A stretch of 64,000 nt of DNA, taken from contig JAPDFW010000063.1 in the NCBI GenBank assembly GCA_028826165.1, forward strand, positions 930,001 to 994,000, written 5' to 3'. Made by a program: the position numbers and the translations under genes. The notes below the pieces were generated by a model that saw only the letters and a program-made list of their open reading frames with translations, did no database searches and was not told where the DNA came from. Position 1 is the first letter of the stretch. Each line of letters starts with the position of its first letter. Source of the stretch: Anaeramoeba ignava BMAN (Eukaryota > Protista > Anaeramoebae). Shown here piece after piece: positions 37,461 to 49,103 of the stretch.

Positions 37461-37526
37461 AATCAAAAAAAAATGAAAAAAAAGAAAAAAATGAAAATTT
37501 AAAATTCATTTTTTTTCTTTTCAAAA

Positions 37527-39352
37527 ATGAAGAATGAAATTATATGTTTTGGAAGAAATGAAAAACCAAAACTTATCAAAAATGAACCATATAAAATAGC
37601 AAAACCAATTCAATTTAAATTTAAATTTGAAAATGAAAATGAAAATGAAAATGAAAATGAAAATGAAAATGAAAAACAAATTAAACAAATTTCATCAGGT
37701 TATTTATCAATAATTTTCCTTTTTAAAAATGGAAAAGCAATAGAATATTTAAATAAAAATGATTCAAAACAAAATCCTGAAAAAATCCAAATTGAAAATA
37801 TTCAAAAAGTAACTATTGGTGATCAAAATGTAGCTGTTTTAACAATAGAAGGAAATGTATTTGCCAAAGGAGAAAATATTAATCCAAATAATCCAAATGA
37901 ACTTATCAATATTTCATCATTAATTGAAGATAAAAATGATAGAGTAATTCAAGATGTTGTTTCTGGACGTAATTCAATTTACTTATTAACTTCAAATAAA
38001 AATGCTTATAGAATTGGTTCAAATCAATATGGTCAACTTGGTTTTGATTCTGAAACACTTAAAGAAACAGATAAACCAATTTTAATGATGAAAAATGTTT
38101 CTAAAATATTTTCAGGAAATGATTCAAATTTCATGTTTTTCTTTTAAATTCAAATCAAGAATTATTTGGATGCGGAAATAACACAAATGGTCAACTTGGG
38201 TTAGGAGAATCAAGAAAAGAAACAAAAATCCAAAAATTAACCAAAATCCAAAATATTCCAAAAGGTAAAATAATTAATATTCAATGTGGATATTCTCATT
38301 CAATAATGTTGATTGAAAATGAAAATCAAAATCAAAATCCAAAAAGAAAACTTTATTCATGTGGAAGCTATCGATACAATGGACTTGGCAAATATGGGAA
38401 AAATGCTTATGAATTTACTGAAATCAAATCATCTTTATTTGAAAATGATGATATTATTGAAGTTTCTGTTGGAAATTTTCATACTTTGATTTTAACTTCT
38501 AATTCAAAATTAATTGGATTTGGATACAACTATTTTGGTCAATTAGGAACTGGAAATTTAACAGAAAATGAATTAATTCCAATTCAAATTGAAATTCCTA
38601 AATTAAGATTTAACGAAAATATTTCCAATTATCATATTTCTTGTGGAAGTAACAATTCATTTATTTATTATTCCCTTTTCTTTCTTCTTTTTCCAATCTT
38701 GAAGAAGATTTGATAAAATTATTTGAAAGAAAAGAATTTTGTGATATTTCATTTAAAACAGAAAATGGAGAAATAATCTAAAGCTCATAAATTAATATTG
38801 AAATATAGATTAAATCAAAATGAAAATCAAATTGAAAAACTTCAAGAAATTATTTCAAAAAAATCAATTAAAGAATCAAATCAAATATTTGAAATGATTT
38901 ATTCAAATAATTCCAATATAAATCCAAAATTATATTATGAAATTAAAGAAATTATAAATTTAAATGAAAAAATAGAAGAAACAATGAAAAGAATTTATTT
39001 AAATGAAAATGAAAATGAAAATGAAAATGAAAATGATTTTATAATTGAAAGAAAAGAAAAACAATATAAATTTCCTAAATTAATATTAATAATGAGAAGT
39101 GAATTATATCGAGGAATGTTTTTATCTGTAACTGAAGATAAATCAAATAAAGTTACAGATTATAGTGAATTAAGTAATAAATCATTTCAAATATTTGAAT
39201 ATTGGATTTATTCAAATCAAATTAAAGATGGAATTGAAATTACACAAGAAATAATTGATGAAATTCAAATTGGAATTGATTATTTTCAATTAAATCAAAC
39301 AAATCCAAATTTATTTGATTTATTAATTAAAAAATTTAATAATCAAAATTAA
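37527..39352 (+). pseudogene. RCC1-repeat + tandem BTB gene, copy 1 (three frameshifts)
   Basis: Collinear with intact copies; reading-frame breaks near 38130, 38675 and 38779. Confidence 0.75.
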
Positions 39353-39720
39353 AATTAAAATCAAAATTAAAATTAAAATCAAAAATTAAAATTAAAAATA
39401 AAAATTAAAATTAAAATTAAAATTAAAATTATAATTAAAATTAAAATCCAAATTAAAATCAAAATTAAAATTAAAATTAAAATTAAAATTAAAATTAAAA
39501 TTAAAATTAAAATTAAAATTAAAAATCAAAATTAAAAATTAAAATTAAAATTTAAAATTAAAATTAAAATTAAAATTAAAATCAAAATTAAAATTAAAAT
39601 TTAAATTAAAATTAAAATTAAAATTAAAATCAAAATTAAAATTAAAATTAAAATTAAAATTAAAATTAAAATTAAAATTAAAATTAAAATTAAAATTAAA
39701 ATTAAAATTAAAAATTAAAA
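39350..39720. repeat. (TAAAAT)n spacer between RCC1-BTB copies; similar tracts at 41595-41795, 48840-49066, 50880-51156 and 52940-53476
   Basis: Seen directly. Confidence 0.9.
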
Positions 39721-39758
39721 TTCCAAAAATCATTTTTTCATTTTTTTTCTTTTCAAAA

Positions 39759-41597
39759 ATGAATGAAATTTTATTTTTTGGAAGAAATAAAGAGCCAAAA
39801 CTTATCAAAAATAAACCAGAAAAAATAATAAAACCAATTCAATTTAAATTTGAAAATGAAAATGAAAATGAAAATGAAAATGAAAATGAAAATGAAAATG
39901 AAAATGAAAATGAAAATGAAAATGAAAATGAAAAACAAATTAAACAAATCTCATCAGGAAATTATTCAACAATTTTCCTTTTTAAAAATGGAAAAGCAAT
40001 AGAATATTTAAATAAAGATGATTCAAAACAAAATCCTGAAAAAATCCAAATTGAAGAAAATATTCAAAAAGCAACTGTTGGCGATGGAAATGAAGCTATT
40101 TTAACAAAAGAAAGAAATGTATTTGCAAAAGGAGAAGATATTAATCCAAATAACCCAAATGAATTTATCAATATTTCATCATTAATTGAAGATACAAATG
40201 ATAGAATAATTAAAGATATTGTTTCTGGAGTTGGCTCAATTTATTTATTAACTTCAAATAAAAATGCTTATAGAATTGGTTCAAACAAATTTGGTGAACT
40301 TTTTTTTGATTCTGAAAAACTTAAAAAAATTGAAAAACCAGAAAAACCAATTTTAATGATGAAAAATGTTTCTAAAACATTTTCAGGAAATTGTTCAAAT
40401 TTCGTTTTTCTTTTAAATTCAAATCAAGAATTATTTGGATCAGGATATAACGGAAGTGGCCAACTTGGATTAAGAGAATCAAGAAAAGAAGAAGAATACA
40501 TCCAAAAAATAACCAAAATCCAAAATATTCCAAAAGGTAAAATAATTGATATTCAATGTGGATATTCTCATTCAATAATGTTGATTGAAAATGAAGATGA
40601 AAACCAAAATCCAAAAAGAAAACTTTATTCATGTGGAAGCTATCGATACAATGGACTTGGCAAATATGGGAAAAATGCTTATGAATTTACTGAAATCAAA
40701 TCATCTTTATTTGAAAATGATGATAATATTCTTGATTTTTCTGTTGGATATGCCCATACTTTGATTTTAACTTCCAATTCAAAATTAATTGGATTTGGAA
40801 ATAATGAATTTGGTCAATTAGGAACTGGTAATAGATTTGTTGTTGAATTAAATCCAATTCAAATTGAACTTCCTAAATTAAGATTTAATGAAGATATTTC
40901 TAATTATCATATTTCTTGTGGAAGTAACAAATCATTTCTTTATTATTCTCCTTTTATTTCCAATCTTGAAGAAGATTTGATAAAATTATTTGAAAGAAAA
41001 GAATTTTGTGATATTTCATTTAAAACAGAAAATGGAGAAATAATTGAAGCTCATAAATTAATATTAAAATATAGATTAAATCAAAATGAAAATCAAATTG
41101 AAAAACTTCAAGAAATTATTTCAAAAAAATCAATTAAAGAATCAAATCAAATATTTGAAATGATTTATTCAAACAGAATAATAAATCCAAAATTATATTC
41201 AGAAATTAAAGAAATTATAAATTTAAATGAAAAAATTGAAGAAACAATGAAAAGAATTTATTTAAATGAAAATGAAAATGAAAAAGATTTTATTATTGAA
41301 AGAAAAGAAAAACAATATAAATTTCCAAAATTAATATTAATAATGAGAAGTGAATTATATCGAGGAATGTTTTTATCTGTAACAGAAGATAAATCTAATA
41401 AAGTTACAGATTATAGTGAATTAAGTAATAAATCATTTCAAATATTTGAATATTGGATTTATTCAAATCAAATTAAAGAAGAAATTCAAATTACACAAGA
41501 AATTATTGATGAAATTGAAATTGGAATTGATTATTTTCAATTAAATCAAACAAATCCAAATTTATTTGATTTATTAATTAACAAATTTAATAATTAA
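39759..41597 (+). CDS. RCC1-repeat + tandem BTB/POZ protein, copy 2 (intronless, 612 aa)
   Basis: RCC1 blades (GYNGSGQLGL, CGYSHS, VGYAHTLIL, GNNEFGQLG). BTB1 (EFCDISF..EAHKLIL) and BTB2 (KDFIIE..KLILIMRSELYRGMF..FEYWIYS). Confidence 0.9.
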   Translation: MNEILFFGRNKEPKLIKNKPEKIIKPIQFKFENENENENENENENENENENENENENEKQIKQISSGNYSTIFLFKNGKAIEYLNKDDSKQNPEKIQIEENIQKATVGDGNEAILTKERNVFAKGEDINPNNPNEFINISSLIEDTNDRIIKDIVSGVGSIYLLTSNKNAYRIGSNKFGELFFDSEKLKKIEKPEKPILMMKNVSKTFSGNCSNFVFLLNSNQELFGSGYNGSGQLGLRESRKEEEYIQKITKIQNIPKGKIIDIQCGYSHSIMLIENEDENQNPKRKLYSCGSYRYNGLGKYGKNAYEFTEIKSSLFENDDNILDFSVGYAHTLILTSNSKLIGFGNNEFGQLGTGNRFVVELNPIQIELPKLRFNEDISNYHISCGSNKSFLYYSPFISNLEEDLIKLFERKEFCDISFKTENGEIIEAHKLILKYRLNQNENQIEKLQEIISKKSIKESNQIFEMIYSNRIINPKLYSEIKEIINLNEKIEETMKRIYLNENENEKDFIIERKEKQYKFPKLILIMRSELYRGMFLSVTEDKSNKVTDYSELSNKSFQIFEYWIYSNQIKEEIQITQEIIDEIEIGIDYFQLNQTNPNLFDLLINKFNN

Positions 41598-41812
41598 AAT
41601 TAAAATTAAAATTAAAATTAAAATTAAAATTAAAATTAAAATTAAAATTAAAATTAAAATTAAAATTAAAATTAAAATTAAAATTAAAATTAAAATTAAA
41701 ATTAAAATTAAAATTAAAATTAAAATTAAAATTCAAATTAAAATTAAAATTCAAAATTAAAAATAAAATTAAAATTAAAATTAAAATTAAAATTAGTTTT
41801 CATTTTTTGATT

Positions 41813-44800
41813 TTATTTTCTATTGAGATATTCATCATTAAAATATTGATTTGCTAATGAAGGTTGAGAAAAAAATAAATCTAAAGAGCAATTTTCATTT
41901 AATTGGAAATAATCTTTTGCTTTTTGGAAATATTCAATTTCAGAATTTTCAAATGAAGAACATGAATCTAAATAAAGAAAATCAATTAAACTTTTCATAG
42001 TTTTTGAAGGAATTTCACTATAATCATGAACTTGATTTGAATTATCAACAACACTAAGAAACATTCCTCTAAATAAATTAGATCTTGCAACTAAAATTAA
42101 TTTATGAAGTTTAATTGTTGTTTCATCTGAAAAAATAATTGTGAAATCTTTTGATTTTTCATCTTGATAAAGTTTTTCTAAATCATGAATTAATCCAATT
42201 TTTCCTGATTTTTGAATAATCCAATTTTTAGGAAAACCTAAATTTTGAGCAAATTTTCCAAGAAATTGAAAATGTTCTTCATAATTACTCGTTTCAACAA
42301 TTCCTGAATAAAGAAATTCAACAATAATTTCCATTTCTGTTTTTGATGTTTGAAAAGCAAAATTTAAGAATTTTTGTAAAATTTCTTGTTCTGATTCATT
42401 TTCTAGATATAATCTTGGAGTAAGAATTAATTTATGAGCTAAAATGAATCCATCTTTACATTGGATTTTATAATCAGTTAATTCTTGTCTTTTGAATAAA
42501 TTTAAAAAATCTTCTTGATAACTTTTATATGTTTGAAGGAATAATTGATTTATTTTGATAGGATAATGATATTCTGATTTCTTTTTTTTTTTGTTAATAA
42601 AAATTAAAATTTAATTTGAAAAAAATTTTTGATGATAAATTGAAGAAATATTACTGGTGGATTTTTCCATTCTGCTCCATACCAAAACAAATATTCAAGA
42701 TCTTTGCAATGAGACTTAAAAAAATAATAATTTCTTTTTATTAAATCAATACAATTTTGTGGATAATTTGGATTTGCACCTTGGGAAAGTAAAATTGGAA
42801 TTAATACTGCTTGAGATGAAGATTTGCAAATAAGTGACAAAGGAGTTTGTTTGTAATTAGTAACTGCATTTACATCCAAATTTAAACCGAGTAAAAATTT
42901 AGTTAATTGAATGAAAGAGGGATATTTGATACAAATTAAATGAAGAAGTGTTTCATTTTGATTTGTTTCGATGTTAATATTAGCTCCGTTATTAATAAAA
43001 AGAACAAATAAATCATTCAATTCATTTTCTGTTATAGAACGGATATCAATAAAATAATGAAGAACTTGAGAATTTTCAAATAAAATTTTTTGTTTGTTTT
43101 CCAAAAGATTGTTTTCAAAAAAGAATTTGAATGTTTCAAGATGATGGCATTGAAGAATAATTTGTCTATTTTTAATCCAATTTTCAAAACTTGATTCAAT
43201 ATTTTCTTGGTTAATTCCTTTTTCAATAAAAAATTTAATTGTTCCCAAACAATGATTTTTTTTCTGTAAATATAAAGAAAATGCAGACATTCCTGATTTA
43301 TTAATTGAATTTAAATTTGCTCCATCTTCAATTAAATATCTAATTAGTTGGTCTGAAACATTATTAATTAAACAACTAGAAATCAACGCATCTTCATTTT
43401 TATTATTTTTATCATGAATACTTAATCCTTTTGATTTGAATAATTTCATCAGTTCAGGAATATCAATAAGTTTATGATATGAATAACTTGATTGACAAAA
43501 ATGGTGCAAAATTGAGTTTCCATTAATATCTGTTTCAAGAGCATTTGCACCTGATTCAATAAGGAAAGAAATTTTTGTAAAAGATGGAGAAAATTTACAT
43601 GCGTTCATTAAAGGTGTAATTTTGTAAGTATCTTTGTAATTCACATCTACTCCCATTTTGAGAAATAATTTAAATTCTTCAATTTCATGTGAAGAAGAAC
43701 AAAATTTAAGAAATGATGAATTTAGATCCAAATTGAGTTCAGGATGTTGTAGAAGTGATTCAAGGATATATATGATTGCAGAAGAATTTAAAGGAGAGTT
43801 GGAGATATTGCTGATAACGGTTTGGAAATCTGTTTTTTTCAATTTCAAAGCTTCTTCAAACAAAATTTTAAATAATTCAAAATTCTTGTAGGAATACAAA
43901 AGGAAATTTTCTATAGAAGCTTTTCTATAAGAATAAGAATAAGAATAAGAATAAGGAAATTTAATGAATTTATCTAGAATCTTGATAATTTCAGAATTAA
44001 GATCCTTGTTATTAGGAATATTGGTAAGTAAATTTTTCCATGAACTTTCAGTTAATTGAGGCGAATTTCTTGAATTAATTTCGATTCCTTTGAAAAGAAG
44101 AACCATTATTTCTGGTAAATCTGGATTTTTATAAAAATCCCATTTATTGAAATATTCCAATGCATAACAACCATAGTAATTTTTGATTGAAGGATCGACT
44201 CCTGATGAAATGAGTAATTTAATAACTTCATTTTCTAATCTATTTTGGCAAGCAACATGAAGAGCTGTGCTTTGTAAAGGATTCAATGCGTTTAGATTAA
44301 TTCCATTTTGGATAATTAATTCAATATTTTTGATGTTATTCTTTCTGAGGCATGCTCGATGGAGTAATGTTTCACTTAAATTATTTTTCTCATTTATTGA
44401 AGTTGAATCAATAGAAAACGCGAATTTAATCGTCTCAAAATATTTTGGATCCGCAACAAAGTAGAACAATGATTTGCCAACACTTGCACCTTTTGAAACA
44501 AGAAATTTGATTTGGGTTACATTTTTTTCATACTCCATTAGTAAATAAGTAAGAGGCGTTTTGGAATGCTGTTCTGTGTCATTGATTTGAATTCCTTTAT
44601 CAATTAATAACTGAAATAATTCAATATTTGGATTGTATTTCGCACAAATATGCATTAAATTTTCTCCATAAAGGTTAGATACATTAGTATTTGCTCCTTT
44701 TTCAATAAGAAATTCCAAAATTTCAAGAGGTTGTTTAGAGATAATTGCATAAAATAAGGCATTTTGAAGTGATCTGTCTTCATAATTAATTTCTACTCCT

Positions 44801-45189
44801 CTTTCTAAAACAGAATTCATTAAATATAGAGCATCAGATTTCATGTATTTCATAATATAATATAAAATTGATTTTCCTCTTGAATCGGTTATATTCAAAT
44901 TTGATCCTGAATTAATAAGAAAATCAATCATTTCAATTGAATGTGAATAACATATTGCTGTTAATAAAGCTGTTCTCCTACTTTTTCTATTTCTATCATT
45001 TATATTTGCTCCTGATTTTATTAATAATTTGATAATTTCTATTGAAGTTGATTTGTTTATTAATGAAAATGTTAAACATTTTGAAAGTTGTTTTGTTGTT
45101 AATTTATTTTCTTTTAAAAAGTCTTGAATTAATCCAATTTTATTTTCTTTAATTAATTTTTGGAAAATGGAAAAAATTTCAAAATTCAT
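41813..45189 (-). CDS. Ankyrin-repeat + tandem BTB protein, 2 exons (intron 42581-42654)
   Basis: Many ankyrin repeats (TALLTA, TLLHRAC, TALHVAC, TPLMNAC, GANPN). The spliced exon reads YQEDFLNLFKRQELTDYKI..AHKLIL, then KDFTII..LHKLILVARSNLFRGMF. Confidence 0.85.
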
Positions 45190-45249
45190 TTTCAAAAAAA
45201 GAAAATGAAAAAAATGAAAAATGAAAATTCATTTTTTTTCTTTTCAAAA

Positions 45250-47024
45250 ATGAATGAAATTATATTTTTTGGTCAAAATAAAGAGCCAAAACTTATCCAA
45301 AATGAATCAAATAAAATAACAAAACCAATTCAATTTAAATTTGAAAATGAAAATGAAAATGAAAATGAAAATGAAAAACAAATTAAACAAATTTCATCAG
45401 CTGATTTTTCAATAATTTTCCTTTTTAAAAATGGAAAAGCAATAGAATATTTAAATAAAAATGATTCAAAACAAAATCCTTCAAAAATCCAAATTAAAGA
45501 AAATATTCAAAAAGTAACTGTTGGTTATTTTAATGAAGCTGTTTTAACAATAGAAGGAAATGTATTTGCCAAAGGAGAAAATATTAATCCAAATAATCCA
45601 AATGAATTTATCAATATTTCATCATTAATTGAAGATAAAAATGATAGAGTAATTCAAGATATTGTTTCCCGAGCTAAATCAATTTACTTATTAACTTCAA
45701 ATCAAAATGCTTATGGAATTGGTTCAAATGAATTTTGTCAACTTGGTTTTGATGAATTTGAAAAACAGAAAAACCAATTTTAATGATGAAAAATGTTTCT
45801 AAAATATTTTCAGGAAATTCTTCAGTTAATGTTTTTCTTTTAAATTTAAATCAAGAATTATTTGGATGCGGACATAATGAATATGGTCAACTTGGATTAG
45901 GAGAATCAATAAAAGAAACAAAAATCCATAAATTAACCAAAATCCAAAATATTCCAAAAGGCAAAATAATTGATATTCAATGTGGTTCTTGGCATTCAAT
46001 AATGTTGATTGAAAATGAAGATGAAAACCAAAATCCAAAAAGAAAAATTTATTCATGTGGAGATTACCGATTTAATGGGTTTGGCAAAGATACTTATGAA
46101 TTTACTGAAATCAAATCATCTTTATTTGAAAATGATGATATTATTGATTTTTCTGTTGGAACTTTTCATACTTTGATTTTAACTTCTAAAGAGAAATTAA
46201 TAGGATTTGGATATAATGATGATGGTCAATTAGGAACTGGAGATACAAAATATCAATTAATTCCAATTCAAATTGAACTTCCTAAATTAAGATTTAATGA
46301 AAATATTTCTAATTATCATATTTCTTGTGGGTTTAACAATTCATTTCTTTATTATTCTCCTTCTTCTTTTTCCAATCTTGAAGAAGATTTGATAAAACTA
46401 TTTGAAAGAAAAGAATTTTGTAATATTTTATTTAAAACAGAAAATGGAGAAATAATTGAAGCTCATAAATTAATATTAAAATATAGATTAAATCAAAATC
46501 AAAATCAAAATCAAAATCAAATTGAAAAACTTCAAGAAATTATTTCAAAAAAATCAATTAAAGAATCAAATCAAATATTTGAAATGATTTATTCAAATAA
46601 TTCCAAAATAAATCCAAAATTATATTATGAAATTAAAGAAATTATAAATTCAAATGAAAAAATTGAAGAAACAATTAAAAGAATTTATTTAAATGAAAAT
46701 GAAAATGAAAAAGATTTTATTATTGAAAGAAAAGAAAAACAATATAAATTTCCTAAATTAATATTAATAATGAGAAGTGAATTATATCGAGGAATGTTTT
46801 TATCTGTAACAAAAGATACTTCTAATAAAGTTACAGATTATAGTGAATTAAGTAATAAATCATTTCAAATATTTGAATATTGGATTTATTCAAATCAAAT
46901 TAAAGATGAAATTCAAATTACACAAGAAATTATTGATGAAATTCAAATTGGAATTGATTATTTTCAATTAAATCAAACAAATCCAAATTTATTTGATTTA
47001 TTAATTAACAAATTTAATAATTAA
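45250..47024 (+). CDS. RCC1-repeat + tandem BTB protein, copy 3 (single 1-nt deletion near 45761: assembly error or recent pseudogene)
   Basis: ORFs 45160-45783 and 45783-47024 join if A5 is read as A6, as in copy 5 (GAATTTGAAAAAACAG). Confidence 0.8.
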
Positions 47025-47096
47025 AATTAAAATTAAAATTAAAATTAAAATTCCAAAATTAATTTTTTTCATTTTTTCATTTTTTTCTTTTCAAAA

Positions 47097-48842
47097 ATGA
47101 ATGAAATTATATTTTTTGGTTTCAATGAATTTCCAAAACTTATCCAAAATAAACCAGATAAAATAACAAAACCAATTCAATTTAAATTTGAAAATGAAAA
47201 TGAAAATGAAAAACAAATTAAACAAATTTCATCAGGTGATTATTCAATAATTTTCCTTTTTGAAAATGGAAAAGCAATAGAATATTTAAATGAAGAAGAT
47301 TCAAATCAAAATCCTTCAAAAATCCAAATTGAAAATATTCAAAAAGTAACTGTTGGTTGTGAAAATGAAGCTATTTTAACAATAGAAGGAAATGTATTTG
47401 CCAAAGGAGAAGATATTAATCCAAATAATCCATTTGAATTTATCAATATTTCATCATTAATTGAAGATAAAAATGATAGAATAATTGAAGATATTGTTTC
47501 TGGAAGAAATTCAATTTACTTATTAACTTCAAATCAAAATGCTTATGGAATTGGTTCTAATTATGCTTGTCAACTTGGTTTTGATTCTAAAACACTTAAA
47601 GAAACAGAAAAACCAATTTTAATTATGAAAAATGTTTCTAAAATATTTTCAGGAAATGATTCAAATTCTGTTTTTCTTTTAAATTCAAACCAAGAATTAT
47701 TTGGATGCGGATATAATTTTTACGGCCAACTTGGATTAGGAGAATCAATAAAGGAATACTACATCAAAAAATTAACCAAAATACAAAATATTCCAAAAGG
47801 TAAAATAATTGATATTCAATCCAGTGATTCGATTTCAGTAATGTTGATTGAAATTGATGAGGCAAAAAGAAAACTTTATTCAAATGGTTATTATGGATAT
47901 AATGGAATAAAAAGTAGTCACTATATAAGAGAATTTACTGAAATCAAATCGTCTTTATTTGAAAATGATAATATTATTGAAATTTCTGTTGGAAGAAATC
48001 ATACTTTGATTTTAACTTCCAATTCAAAATTAATTGGATTTGGAGATTATGATGATGGTCAATTAGGAACTAAAATCACAGAAATTCAAAGAATTCCAAT
48101 TCAAATTGAACTTCCTAAATTAAGATTTAATGAAGAAATTTCTAATTATCATATCTCTTGTGGATTTAACAAATCATTTCTTTACTATTCTTCTTCTTTT
48201 TCTAATCTTGAAGAAGATTTGATAAAATTATTTAGAAGAAAAGAATTTTGTGATATTTCATTTAAAACCAAAAATGGAGAAATAATTGAAGCTCATAAAT
48301 TAATATTGAAATATAGATTAAATCAAAATGAAAATCAAATTGAAAAACTTCAAGAAATTATTTCAAAAAAATCAATTAAAGAATCAAATCAAATATTTGA
48401 AATGATTTATTCAAATAATTCCAAAATAAATCCAAAATTATATTCTGAAATTAAAGAAATTATAAATTTAAATGAAAAAATTGAAGAAACAATGAAAAGA
48501 ATTTATTTAAATGAAAATGAAAAAGATTTTATTATTGAAAGAAAAGAAAAACAATATAAATTTCCTAAATTAATATTAATAATGAGAAGTGAATTATATC
48601 GAGGAATGTTTTTATCTGTAACTGAAGATACTTCTAATAAAGTTACAGATTATAGTGAATTAAGTAATAAATCATTTCAAATATTTGAATATTGGATTTA
48701 TTCAAATCAAATTAAAGATGAAATTCAAATTACACAAGAAATCATTGAAGAATTAGAAAGAGGAATTGATTATTTTCAATTAAATCAAACAAATCCAAAT
48801 TTATTTGATTTATTAATTAATAAATTTAATAATCAAAATTAA
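47097..48842 (+). CDS. RCC1-repeat + tandem BTB protein, copy 4 (581 aa)
   Basis: Intact ORF with the same architecture as copy 2. Confidence 0.9.
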   Translation: MNEIIFFGFNEFPKLIQNKPDKITKPIQFKFENENENEKQIKQISSGDYSIIFLFENGKAIEYLNEEDSNQNPSKIQIENIQKVTVGCENEAILTIEGNVFAKGEDINPNNPFEFINISSLIEDKNDRIIEDIVSGRNSIYLLTSNQNAYGIGSNYACQLGFDSKTLKETEKPILIMKNVSKIFSGNDSNSVFLLNSNQELFGCGYNFYGQLGLGESIKEYYIKKLTKIQNIPKGKIIDIQSSDSISVMLIEIDEAKRKLYSNGYYGYNGIKSSHYIREFTEIKSSLFENDNIIEISVGRNHTLILTSNSKLIGFGDYDDGQLGTKITEIQRIPIQIELPKLRFNEEISNYHISCGFNKSFLYYSSSFSNLEEDLIKLFRRKEFCDISFKTKNGEIIEAHKLILKYRLNQNENQIEKLQEIISKKSIKESNQIFEMIYSNNSKINPKLYSEIKEIINLNEKIEETMKRIYLNENEKDFIIERKEKQYKFPKLILIMRSELYRGMFLSVTEDTSNKVTDYSELSNKSFQIFEYWIYSNQIKDEIQITQEIIEELERGIDYFQLNQTNPNLFDLLINKFNNQN

Positions 48843-49103
48843 AATTAAAATTAAAATTAAAATTAAAATTAAAATTAAAATCAAAATTAAAATTAAAATT
48901 AAAATTAAAATTAAAATTAAAATAAAAATTAAAATTAAAATCAAAATTAAAATTAAAATTAAAATCAAAATTAAAATTAAAATTAAAATTAAAATTAAAA
49001 TTAAAATTAAAATTAAAATTAAAATTAAAATTAAAATTAAAATTAAAATTAAAATTAAAATTAAAATTCCAAAAATCATTTTTTCATTTTTTTCTTTTCA
49101 AAA

